A stretch of DNA of 64,000 bases from Takakia lepidozioides (taxonomy: Eukaryota; Plantae; Bryophyta), in assembly GCA_030704615.1 (NCBI GenBank), contig CM060734.1, positions 7,688,001 to 7,752,000 on the forward strand, in the 5' to 3' direction. A program made the translations under genes and the position numbers. This document shows, piece after piece, positions 1-12,400 of the stretch. How positions within the stretch are numbered: position 1 is the stretch's first letter; each line of letters opens with the position of its first letter. The notes beneath the pieces were generated by a model, which saw only the letters and a program-made list of their open reading frames with translations, was not told where the DNA came from and ran no database searches.

Positions 1-907
1 AAGACAATTCAATCTCTTGAAACCTGTCATAGCCATAGACTATCAACCACCAGAAGATGAATTCCATCATAAAACCACATGCAGTGCTAGTGGTAGCACT
101 TACTATATCATGAACCAGCAATGCCACAGGTCCATATCATAGACCAAGCAGCAGAACTTGCCCTCAGTCCTTCCTTGCATGTTTACCATCTAAAGAAAGT
201 CAAGCCGCCGCACCTAGTCGCATGAGAGTCATGCACACACAGCCATAGTTAATAATGTCATCTCTACGTAGTAATCATAACCGAGAGTATCAAAGGACAA
301 GTAGTAAGTGGGTGGGGGGGGGGTTAGTAGTAGGGAAATCTCAAGCCTATTATGCTTGCACCCTCACAGTCTTAGGCTGATTACAGCTTATTGCTGTCCA
401 CTTTGTACATGAGAATAGAGGTGGACTGGTACTCCACCAGCCAGTCACACCTGAATGCTTCTTGGCAACAGAAGAATACACGCCTACAGTACAGTAGCCT
501 ATGTGAGTATAGGTGTACCTTAGAGCTTGAAGAGAAATCCATGCTCTCACGTCCACTCTTCTCACCTGACTGCTACTCCATGGAATGAAAGAGATCAGAT
601 ATGGTGCTACCCACCTCATATACTAGAGAGGTGTGCAGTTTGCAGCCTAGCAGTATTCCGTGCCCTATGAAGAGCATAATGCAGCTCCTTAGTCCATTCT
701 GTTACCTAATGAAGAGCACAGAGTGGCTCCCTTAATGAGCAAATATATGTACACCATAGGTCACTACAGTCGTGAGAGGTACACCCATTAATAATCATGG
801 GGCACACCTTGAGTATTTTTGGAACATTCTGGGACGCAAGGTAGACAAAGATAGGGATGAGGCATAGGAATGAGGTAGAGGCTTTTCAGAGAACAGCCCA
901 AGATCAA

Positions 908-1050
908 GAGAGAGAGAGAGTATACCCACAAGACATTGTTTGCAGTAGCCTTGTGGCCATAGACCCTGTGCCCAGTTTGGGGGGAACAAGAGGGAAGAGA
1001 CACTACCTTTGTGAGGGGCCCACTCCAGTAATTTGACTTACCTTGATAAG
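908..1050 (-). mobile_element. Short (~145 bp) 3'-end copy of RTEX-like LINE
   Basis: Matches the 3' end of 16060-17164 (gtagccttgtggccat...cccagttt); (GA)n tail at left. Confidence 0.75.
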
Positions 1051-1103
1051 AAATTGGAATGATAATAAGTCCCATTAGTAATGGTCTTATTCGAAGAACA
1101 GCA

Positions 1104-1360
1104 TAGGGTATCTGGTGTTAGGTATTCTATTCAACTGACCCGACCCTCTGATCTTGAACTCATCATGTCAAGATGGGTGGTACGCCAAAGTGGCCCTGAA
1201 CAGCCACGTTAGCTGTTGAAGAGCACACTGACATGCTCTCTTTGAGCACCAAAAGCTGAATGAGTTCTAAGGTCTTAGCATCTTTGGAGTTGCCAACCCT
1301 CTTGGCCGATGTGTACTACAAGGTAGGCCTGATAATGTTGCAAAGCATGGTCCTTGGAGT
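1104..1360 (-). mobile_element. Degraded internal fragment of the same LINE
   Basis: Aligns by eye to 16820-17070 (ccctgaacagccac, ggagttgccaaccc, aggtaggcctgataa). Confidence 0.6.
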
Positions 1361-1426
1361 GAGACCAAAGCTTGGTGTTTAGCTGTTTGAACCTCTTTTT
1401 GTATGTCCACATCTCAGTCACAACTG

Positions 1427-2500
1427 GAAGAGAATGTACTCATAAGACTTTGTTTGCTGTAGCCTTGTGGCCATTGCCCCGCACCCAGTTTGAGCGGAAC
1501 ACAAAGGGACAGAAACTATCTTTGTCAGGGGCTGACGCCGGTAGTATGACTTACCTTGGAACAGACAATTGATCCGAGTTTTCCAGATATCCTCTAGAAA
1601 TCCCTTTACACAAGCATCAATCTGCTGTGTGTGATTTGCCCAATAAATAGGCCCCAAAAGGGCCTGGGCTTTTGGCTCAGCCTCGACATTTCAAAGTTAG
1701 TAAACAGAGGTACAGGCTTAAATCCCTTGATGGATTTGAAGAGGATGTCTCTCTGGTGAGAGTACCCAGGACAATGAATCATACAATGAATATAGTCTTC
1801 AGGTTGCACACACAAGGGGCATTTGCAATCCCCCTTTCCTCTCTGCATCTGTTTGCTGTTCAAAGGTAGGCTTTCCGCCCTGAGTTTAAATTTCAGTGTA
1901 GTGCCGAGAGTGGGTAAACCTTTGAGGTCCTCCATGATGGCCTCCCCAATGTCACAGACTGGAAACAAGTCAGGGAAGTTTTCTGCCTAACTTCATTTTT
2001 ATCAGAGAGTCCCTGGCAACAGACATGGCTTTGGGACATTACAGCCTCTAAGTCAGATTTATCCAGCAGGGTCAAGACTTGCGGACTTAGATTCAGATCC
2101 TTGAGAATCTCTTCTACCCTCTTCCGCCAGGACTTCGCCTATTTGACAGGGTGATCCTGCTTCCAAGATATAGGGTCGATTAACTTAGGATATCTGATAG
2201 TAGTCATACGTTGCAGCTGACCCCACCATCTGGCCTTGAATCCATCTCGTCGGGGGCTTAAGGGAGGGACGCCAAACTCAGCCCGAACAGCCACATTAGC
2301 TGTTTCAGAGCATGCTGACATGCACTCCTTGAGCAGCCCCACTTGAATGAATTCTAGAGACTTAGCCTGGTTGGAGTTACCAACCCACACTGCGATGCGT
2401 ACTCCAAGGCAGGCCTAATAACGCAGCAGAGCATGGTTTTTTTTTACCTCAGAGGTGATTTAGTGAGACCGAACGCTTTGCGCTTGCCAGATTGAACAAC
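1427..2500 (-). mobile_element. 5'-truncated RTEX-like LINE, intronic, antisense to FURRY
   Basis: ORF pieces 2139-2390, 1606-1968, 1418-1657 are homologous to ORF 16156-17220, including CPLCVQPEDYIHCMIHCP. Confidence 0.8.
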
Positions 2501-2745
2501 CTTTTGAATTTGGGATGAGCTGCAGAAGGCACTTTGGAGTTCCATCGGGATTCGACTTCCACATCTTCACCGCGCCTTTTTTGGGGAGCCACTCAGAATC
2601 AGTAGCAAACTTCTTAAACTTCATGACAGGCCACCCATCTTCATCTACATAGAAACAAAATACATGCATTTTTGTTTGCCCAACTAAAGCCTCGTTTCCA
2701 TCGAGAATGCAACCGTCCACATACGCCTTGAAATCTGGCACCTAG
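2501..2745 (-). mobile_element. Fragment of a probable DNA-transposon ORF (resembles the C-terminal part of Sola-like/DUF7869 transposases)
   Basis: PDFKAYVDG..VGQTKMHVFCFYVDEDGWPVMKFKK..SEWLP; family recalled from moss sequences, unverified. Confidence 0.35.
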
Positions 2746-3359
2746 GGACCCATCTGGACTACTACCAAGGATCCGCAGGAAGCTAAAGATGGGGAGAGAA
2801 ATGAGATGAAATGAAATGACAGGACAGGACATGGTACTTTACAGTGTGAATTAATTGTTTTCTGCAGCCTTGTATCCATCACTGTCACTATGCCGGTGTT
2901 GGACAGTAGGAAACGGGTGAAGAGAACATCAAGGACAGGAGATTGAAATGGGCTTATTCAACAGAAAGGCTCATTCAAGTTTTGGCATGTGCTTTAGAAG
3001 GGGACTTTTCAAGACTTTTCACCTAGCTTCAATTTTATGCTTGATGTGAATGATAACCCCAGAGTGCAGATCCAGCATTGTCTTGACCTTGTTGATCTGA
3101 GCAAAACCGGGTGTGAGGACATTCGTCTTTATTCTCTCAAACAGGGCCTCTCATTCGGAAGAGTAACTCTACACTATCTCACCACGATACTTATAACAAA
3201 CACTGCTTGGCTGACTAGGCAAGATAGTCACAATACTAATGTGAGCCTAGTTCAAATGTCAACCCATTTGTTGACTTGCCCCATGTCAGTTACTGGAATT
3301 GGAGAGTTATGGCAACTGCTAAAGGGAGCTTATTGTTCTCTGATGTGAGTTTGATGCAG

Positions 3360-3461
3360 GTCGGCTACCCGTTAGTGACCTTGCTCCTGTGCCTGGGGGA
3401 TCCACAGTATTTCAGTAGTTCTTTTGGACCCCATCTCGACCTCCTATATAAGCTTTTACGA
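3360..3461 (+). CDS. FRY: FURRY-like exon (VGYPLVTLL...LYKLLR)
   Basis: ttgatgcag| acceptor, |gtaagt donor, 102 nt. Confidence 0.85.
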
Positions 3462-6400
3462 GTAAGTTTCTCTCTTTCTCCAGATGGTGACACTTATATG
3501 TGCTATGATAGATGAACCACCATTTGGTTCCACACATTTTGTGTCTCTAATATCTTCATCAGTGATGTGATTTGATTTTATCTTTCTCTCTAAGTGTCTC
3601 TGAATCTGTTTCCTTCTCATTCAAAATTATTTTTTCTTCTCACAAAGAATGCTTTCGGTTAATACCATGTGTTGCAGGAGAAGAATCATCGTTCTGTGGC
3701 CCTAGACTGCTTGCACAGAGTGTTGCGGTTCTACCTCAATGTGTATGCTGACAACCAACAAAAGAATCGTGTGTGGGTTTACCTCCATAGTATAACATCC
3801 CAGCTCTTGGCCAGCCTGAAGAAAGGGTCCCTCACTCAGGATGTGCAGCATGACAAGCTTGTGGATTTCTGTGTCACTATTGCTGAAAGCAATCTTGAGT
3901 TTTCTATGACCCATATGATCTTGGAGCTCTTACGAACAGAAAACCTGAGCGAGGCCAAGGTGATTGGCCTGCGTGCTTTATTGGCAGTGATGTCTAGTCC
4001 ATCACAGCATCGCTATGGATCTGATAATTTTGGAGTGGAGGAGTTACATTCATCTGCCACGTCGTCGCTGCGAGGATCCCCCACTTCGTCGTGGTCATAT
4101 TCAGCAGCAGGGGTCTCAACCTCCCCAGGCCATCACCTGAGCACTGGCTCCCTCGGGAATGACATGGTGCTGGAGGGGCATGACATTCGTCCCTACATCC
4201 CCAAGGTCCGTACAGCGCTGGGGTCCATCATCAAGGCCTGCCATGCCACTTATGGCAGTGCTCTGCTCACCTCATCAAAGACCACCATAGGTTGGAACAA
4301 CTTGCAAGTTCAAGCTGGATAACACTTGAAAGACTGTGATGATAAAGTGAAGTCTGTCCTAAAGAATGGAAAGGGAGGTTGAGAAGTGATGTGCTCATTA
4401 GACTATGTTTGCGTAGTTTCCGTGCTTTTCTGGGTGGGGGATGCGATAGAGCAGAGAGAAAGAAAGCGGAGAGGAGGTGCAGATGGCCCACCAGACAGTA
4501 GAAAAAGGCCTTTACTCACAAGACATTTGTCGTAGCCAGGTGGCCATAGACCCTGTGCCCAGTTTGGGCAGATCAAGAGGAACTGGTACGACCTTTGTGA
4601 GGGGCTCCCTCCAGTAGTGGGACTGAACTTCATATAAACAAAGCAACCAAGTAAACAGTAGAAGAAAGAGACAAAGAGAGAGGAAGAAAGAGTAATTTAA
4701 TAATGTCCACAGGGGCCTGAAGTAGAACGAGAGAGAACCCACGTCACACTGAACCTCACCGATGACGAAGTGCCTCATGCAAGAAATCTGCCAGACACTT
4801 CCGTCTCCTCAAAGCTGAATGCCTCTGTCAGAGAGAAAAAAAATTACAGACCCAATATACGAGTTCCAGGGGTCCTCTGAGTGCCCATGAGACAGCAGTA
4901 GAACAGCATGGGAGAGGGAGAGAAAGACCAGATGGACATAGAGAAAGCAAGAGAGAAAGTTGAAGGCAAAGACGGGGTGGGTAACTACGGGAGAGGAACT
5001 GCTTGGACAGAGGTGGTGGTTGCTGAAAAAAGGATCTGATGTGATGGTTTGGTGGCAGAACCTGCGACAAAAGAGAAGTCACAAGGATGGCTCGTTTTTC
5101 GGTGGGCGCTCAAATGTGTGCCATACTGGATACCAGAGCAATGGAAAGCTGAAAGGTTGACAGAAATCATTCCAGTGTATGCAATTAGCATTGAGCCAGG
5201 TGTCCGTGAAGAAGCAGTTCAAGTTCTCTTCCGGACTGTGCGTGATTTGCCTGAGAGTCGGTTTGCTGTTATGCGAGGGATGGCTAACTTTATAATACGA
5301 ATACCGGATGACTTCCCTTTGCTAATCCACACATCACTTGGCCGGTTAGTCCAGTTGTTGCATTCATGGCGGGCATGCCTGGCCGAGGAGAGCACTGCCT
5401 TTGAGGGCCAGAGGGATGGTGGACAGCCAGGCAAAGGTCCCAATGCAGGCCCTCCTCCGTCCACACCTTTCCGTGCAAGGGATGCAGATAGTTGCAACTT
5501 CGATCCTTCTGGGATGGATGCGGTTGGCCTTATCTGCCTATGTTCTGTGGATGTTCAAATCAGGCATACGGCACTTGAGCTTTTGCGGAATGTCCGTGCA
5601 TTGCAGAATGATATCACCCGGTATTCAATAAAGGAGCGGTCAACGCCACCCCCAACATTTGTGATTGATGTTTTTGAAGAAACTGGGGTAGGTCTTTCTG
5701 TCAGGGATTGTACTCAGCACTCATGGGAGAAAGAAAATTACATTATGTTCCTGGAGGCCCAAGGAACAATTAGAACAACACCAAGAATGTACTCATGAGA
5801 CGTGGCCATAGACCCTGTGCCCAGTACAAGAGGGAACAGGTTTCCAGATTTCCTCTAGAACACAAGCATCAATCTGCTGTGTGGCTTTTGGTTTAGCCTC
5901 AAGAATTTCGAAGTTGCTGGACAGAGGTGCGGGGACTATGTTCTTGGTCCTGAAGAGGGTTGCTCTCTGATAAGAATACCCTGGACATTGTTCAAAGGTC
6001 CGGACCCTGAGTTTAAATTTCAGTCTAGTGCCAAGGGTAGGTAGGCCCTTCAGATCTTCCTCAAGTCCTCACCCATGTCACAAACTGGACAGGTTCAGGA
6101 AGTTTTATTCCTAAAATCGTTCTGGTGGACATGCTTTATGCTTCCGACATGGCCTTAGACACTTCAACCTCCAAGCCAGCTTCAACTTCAAAATCTCCTC
6201 TACCTTTTTCCGCCTGGACTTGGCCTGTTTAACAGGATGGTCTTGCTTCCAACAATAGAGTCGATCATCGTAGGGTACACCAAACTTGCCCCGAACAGCC
6301 ACTTTAGCTGTTCTAGAGCTTTCTCTCTGAGCACCAAAAGCTGAATGAATTCTAAGGTTTTAGCATGTTTGGAGTTGCCAACGCACACAGCAGATGTGTA

Positions 6401-9400
6401 CTCCAAGGTAGGCCTACCATGCTTTGCAACAACAACAAAGAAATAAAGAAAGAGATGAGGGAGAAAGAAAGACAACGTGATCCTCTGTGCAGCCAGGGTT
6501 GAGGAGTGAAGACATTTCTCATATGAGATGTTGGTATGTCTGCAGGACGACATTGTGCAACGATGCTATTGGGATTCTGGGCGGTTGTATGACCTTCGGC
6601 GCGAATGGGATATTGTCCCCCTGGATGTCACTCTCCAGTCGCTACTAGATAGCCCTGACAAAGGGCGGTGGGCTCGTTGTTTGAGTGAGCTGGCGACCTA
6701 TGTTTCAGACCTCTGTCCCAATGCAATACAGGGAGCACGGTGACTTAATTTCTCTTCTTGGGCCCTCTATTTTTTGTCATCTTCTTTGGGCTATTACAAC
6801 TACATCTTTAAGTAAGTGTGGAAACAGTAGTATTCTTCAACAATATGGACCTCATGACAATAAAGAAAGGAATTGTATCCATCAACCGTTAATTGCTAAT
6901 ATTTGCAATCATGAAGTGAAGTGGAGTCCATTTAGAGCTCCCTCTGGTGGTTGTCCTCTGTATACGTTGGCATTGACCTTATGCTAGAAAGAATGAGGTT
7001 TGTTCCAGCACTCTGCTAGCCTTCTAGGGATGTAATACATGTGGCTGTGATGGTCACACTCTGAAAGATAAAAGGCAGAAAGAGTGAAGGAAAGAAAGAG
7101 ACTTCAGCATGATTACTAAGAGAAACAATGGTAGAAGACTCCAAATGTTGCTGAGAGGCAGAGTGCATGAGAAACTTGTTATGGGACACAGAGAAGAATC
7201 GACTTGTAGGTTAAGGATCTTTTACAGTTTTTCTATAGGAATTCTTGAAGTAAAAGAAATGAGGAGGCATTTTGGCTGACTGTGCTTTAGTCATTGCAGG
7301 TTAGAGGTCATATCAAGGCTGGCACACATAACGTCCATTGATCTGGGTGGCAAAGCTGCACAGTTGCATGACAGTGAAGGCAAGATTGACCAGTGGCACA
7401 TGTATTCCATGTTTGCCTGTTCTTGCCCACCTGAGGATAGCGGTGATGGTGGCATTCAGTCTGTGAAGGACTTGCTCCACCTTGTGTTTCCCTATCTCAA
7501 GTCTGGCAGTGAGGGACAGATTGTAAGTTCTCTCTTTCTGGAATTGCTCCAGCATTGTGAACCATACATCAAGACTGGCAATAAGGCTTATTTTTAATAA
7601 CTCTCTCAACATAGTATCTTTTGTGTATGCCTTACCTACAACAAGATTGGGATAGATTTTGGTGTCCTCCTTGGCAGAGGCCTTCAGTTATGAGGTGGTC
7701 CGAAATGTTGAAACATTTGGATGAGGTAGTGTGTCTAAGTTCCTTTGTTGGGGTTTGAAATGCTCAGTACTCTTGTGAATGTAATTGATTTCCCTTCCTC
7801 TCTTTATTCTCCTTTTGTACCTTTGGTCTGTGTGATTACATAGTCTTACACCATCAACTGTATGGTCTGCACTTCTATACTCGGTCTTTCACATTATCAT
7901 CTACATTGGCTCATGCAGTATGCGGCAACTCTTGCTTTGGGCCACTCAAATTTGGAGATTTGCGAGCTAATGTTGAGTGAACTGAGATCTTTCTCTGAGG
8001 AGGTCACATCTGAGATGGAAAGTAGGCCCAAGTGGAAGGTAAAATTTGAAGTGTTATGGGCTCTTCTCTTGTGTTGATTGATCTACTATGTTGCTGTTAT
8101 GGTTTTACTCTTTTGGGCATTTTTGCTTCAGCAGGAAAAGTCTTTTTGTTTTGGTTGGGTAGGAGTCTTATATGAAAGAAAAATATAGAGAACGGAAGAC
8201 AACATGGAGTAGGGATGAGGGGCTTGTAATTCACATCGGGTTACATGACACTCAGAGCCGGATTCAACTAGTGATATTTGTATGTCTCAGTGAGTCTATG
8301 CAGTGATGGAATTATGTTTCATATTCATATATGCAGAGTCAGAAACTGCGACGTGAGGATGTCAGGGTCTATGTGGCTGATGTGTACCGCATGGTGGCGG
8401 AGAATTTGTGGCCTGGCACCCTTGCACAAAGACCTGTGCTTCGTACACATTTCCTGCGATTTATTGAGGATACTGTGCCGCATGTGTCCTCGGCCACCCT
8501 GGAAAACTTCCAAGACATTCAACCCTTACGATACTCACTGGCCTGGGTGTTGAGGTCGCTAGCCGTCGACATGGTCAAGGCTCATTCTGACAGGTAATTG
8601 ACTAGAAACTGGCGGACAATTTTTCGTGCCAGCATTTGGAACGGAATGTATTCTAGTAAAGCATATTCATGCAACCTGCTTCAGAGCTCTTTTGTTAGAA
8701 GGACAGTCACTGGAAATTCTTGCTGCAGCAGCCTCGTATTTGTCCTCTTTTTAGAAGTGGCAAGTAGAATGGCGCATTGCATGTCTTTGTGTTTGCAATG
8801 GCCCTTAAACTGTGCAGTATGAAAAATCCTTTGCCATGTGGCCAGATATGAAGTCGTTTAATTCTTCATCAAGTTCATGATGCTGATGACAAAGAAAACT
8901 TTTTGGAATTTTTCTTCCTTTTATTGATTGGGTTGAATTGATCTGATATATTTGCTAGTTTGATTGGTTAATTCACAGGTTTGACCCCCGCACACGCAAG
9001 AAGTTGTTTGATCTTTTCTCCTCGTGGTGTGAGGACAACACCAGTGCATGGGGCCAGGACGGGGTGAGTGATTATCGAAAAGAGATTGAACGGTATAAAT
9101 CAACACAAAGTGTGCGGACCAAGGACTCGATGGACAAAATTACAGTTGAGAAGGAGATCAATGAATGGGTGGAGGCGATCCAGTGGGTGGCTATGAATGC
9201 CATGGCAGCACTTCTTTATGGCCCATGCTTTGATGATAATGCCCGCAAAATGAGTGGGCGGATTGTCTCTTGGATAAATAGCCTCTTCTTGGAGCCAGCA
9301 GGAAGGATACCAATTGGCTACTCGCCAGCTGACCCGCGCACTACCTCACCCCATTCCAAGTTTGGAGTGTTGGAGGGAGGACGGGGAGGGCCTGGTCGTG

Positions 9401-12400
9401 ACCGGCATCGGGGGAGCGCCTCACGTGTGCTCCTTGCCAAAACTGCCCTTATGAACCTCCTGCAGAGCAATCTGGACATTTTCCCAGCGTGCATTGATCA
9501 GGTAAGGGTGAATTGCATGATAGGAGTGCCTAGATTGAATTGCAATCCCATTTTCAACTCGAGGAAATTCAACTTGAATCTGGTTTAAGTAAAAATTGAG
9601 CAGTGGATCAATTCGATCATTCTTGATCATTTGAAAGACAGGATGGTTGTCCCACGGTTTTATTAAGCCTCCAATTGTGGCAAGTTGACTCTAGATTAAG
9701 TGCCAACTGGTTTTGAACTTGGAAGTTCCCTGTCGCAGTGCTACTCATCGGATTCGTCACTAGCGGATGGATATTTCACGGTGCTGGCTGAAGTTTACAT
9801 GCGGCAGGATGTTCCGAAATGCGACATTCAACGATTGATCAGCCTCATTTTGTACAAAGTCGTTGACCAATCCAGGCAAATCCGAGATGATGCTCTGCAA
9901 ATGCTGGAGACATTGTCAATTCGTGCTTGGGCAGAGGACAGAGAAGGGGCAGGACGATACAGAGCCGCTGTGGTGGGAAGCCTTCCAGACTCATATCAGC
10001 AGTTTCAATACCAGCTTTCAGCAAAGCTGGCAAAGGAGCACCCTGAGTTGAGTGAGCTTTTGTGTGAGGAGATTATGCAGCGGCAGCTGGATGCAGTTGA
10101 CATTATTGCGCAGCACCAAGTGCTTACATGCATGGCACCCTGGATTGAGAATCTTAATTTTGCCACACTAAGGGAGTCTGGGTGGAGCGAGCGCCTTTTG
10201 AAGAGTTTATATTACGTGACATGGAGGCACGGGGATCAGTTTCCTGATGAGATTGAGAAACTTTGGAGTACAGTTGCAACAAAATGGCGCAACATAATTC
10301 CAGTTCTTGATTTTTTAATATCCAAGGGAATTGAGGACCGCGACTCCAATGCTACTGGTGAGATCAGTGGGGCATTTGCCACCTACTTCTCAGTGGCTAA
10401 GCGTATAAGTCTCTACCTTGCTCGTATTTCGCCGCAACAAACCATTGACCATTTGGTGTATGAGCTGGCACAGCGTATGCTAGAGGACCCTCCGGAGCAG
10501 ATAAAGCGGCCCGCTGTCCCTCCTTTCGAGAGTGAAAACACCATGCCCATCCTTGAATTCTCTCAAGGACCTCTGCCTATGCAAGTCCTAGAGCCCCTAC
10601 CTCATATGTCTCCTTTGCTAGTTAGAAGCTCAGTAGACGGTGCTCTTCGAAACGTGAGTGGTAATTTGAGCTGGCGCACTGCCACAGGGCGTAGCATGTC
10701 GGGACCCCTGAATAACATGGCAGATCCCTTACACACAGGGCATACAGGACGATCTGGCCAACTCTTCACAGGATCTGGCCCTTTGATGAGCCTGTCTGGC
10801 CCTCTCATGGGTGTCCGGAGCTCTACAGGAAGCCTCAAGAGCCGGCATCTGTCACGGGACAGTGGTGACTACTTTGTGGACAACCCCAATTCAGTTGATG
10901 ACATGCGATCTAGCATCCCTGCTGCCAGTGCTGTGGACCTGCAGTCAGCCTTACAAGGGCATCATCACTGGCTCTCTCGGGCTGACATTGCCCTCATTCT
11001 GCTTGCTGAGATCGCCTATGAGAATGACGAAGACTTTCGGGGCCATCTGCCAATGCTCTTCCATGTCACTTTCGTGTCCATGGACAGCTCCGAGGACATT
11101 GTCCTTGAGCACTGCCAGCAGCTGCTGGTCAATCTCCTCTACTCACTGGCAGGTCGCCACCTGGAGCTCTATGATGCTGGGGATCATGGTGATGGTGATT
11201 ACAAAAGACAGGTGGTTAGTCTCATCAAGTACGTGCAATCCAAGAAAAGAAGCATAATGTGGGAGGATGAGGACATGAGCCTCACCCGAACAGAGCTTCC
11301 AAGTGCAGCCTTGTTGTCAGCCTTGGTTTTGAGTGTGGTGGACGCCATTTTCTTCCAGGTTTGCTACAACTGAAATCCCATGTGCTTCTCATGAATTACT
11401 TCTGTCCTTTGTAAACTGTCCGCTGCACTTCAATCAACTGCAACACTGCAAGTATGCCATAGCCTCTGAAGATCAACCATGAGAGGAACTGCAAGATTGG
11501 GTTTTGACCTAAATGGTGTAAGCAAAATCATGATATCACCATGTATGATACAGTTGCTGTTTTACTTTCAGGGAGATTTGCGTGAAAAGTGGGGGGAGGA
11601 GGCACTGAAGTGGGCCATGGAATGCACGTCACGCCACCTGGCATGCCGGTCGCATCAGATTTACAGGGCCCTTCGACCCAGTGTGACGAGCGACACCTGT
11701 GTGTCTCTACTTCGCTGCCTCCATCGCTGCTTTAGCAATCCAACCCAACCTGTACTTGGCTTTGTGATGGAGATCTTGCTCACACTCCAGGTAAGTCTTT
11801 GTAACCAAAGTGCTCTGATGATAGGTATTTGGCAGGGTTTATTTTGTCATATGATTTCAGCTTACCTGAGTTGTGGTTTCTAGTAGTATGAGTAAATGTG
11901 GGCTGGTGATTGTTATCCTAATGGACCCTTCTTCCTGTTGCAGGTGATGGTTGAGATAATGGAACCTGAGAAAGTGATACTGTATCCCCAGGTATTCTGG
12001 GGCTGTGTTGCAATGCTGCACACAGATTTTGTGCATGTCTATACACAGGTGTTGGAGCTCTTTGCAAGGGTCATTGACCGCCTCTCCTTTGATGACCAAA
12101 CTGCAGAGAACGTGTTACTATCCAACATGCCATGCAATGAATTTGAAAGCCAACAGGATGATGATCTACCTCGTCTTGACTCAAAAGGATTTGATTTCCT
12201 TGCTGGAAAGACATTTGAATCTCTTGCCCGGCAAGGGTTTGATTCCAAAGCTTTTGATGCAATGAGAGAAGGAAGCATTGATGGAGAGAGAGCACCCACA
12301 TTTGAGGGTGTACAACCCTTGGTGCTCAAGGGCCTTATGTCAACCGTAAGCCATGCATCAGCAATCGAAGTTCTTTCTCGTATTACACTGCATTCTTGTG

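Noticed and set aside
300-790. G-run at 309-323 as PPT followed by an LTR
   Set aside because: No TG start, no second copy and no recognisable pol sequence upstream
4702-4717. GGCCCCTGTGGACRT motif shared with 13704-13720 and 17590-17605
   Set aside because: Too short to define an element; could be the tail of another retroelement but not supportable here
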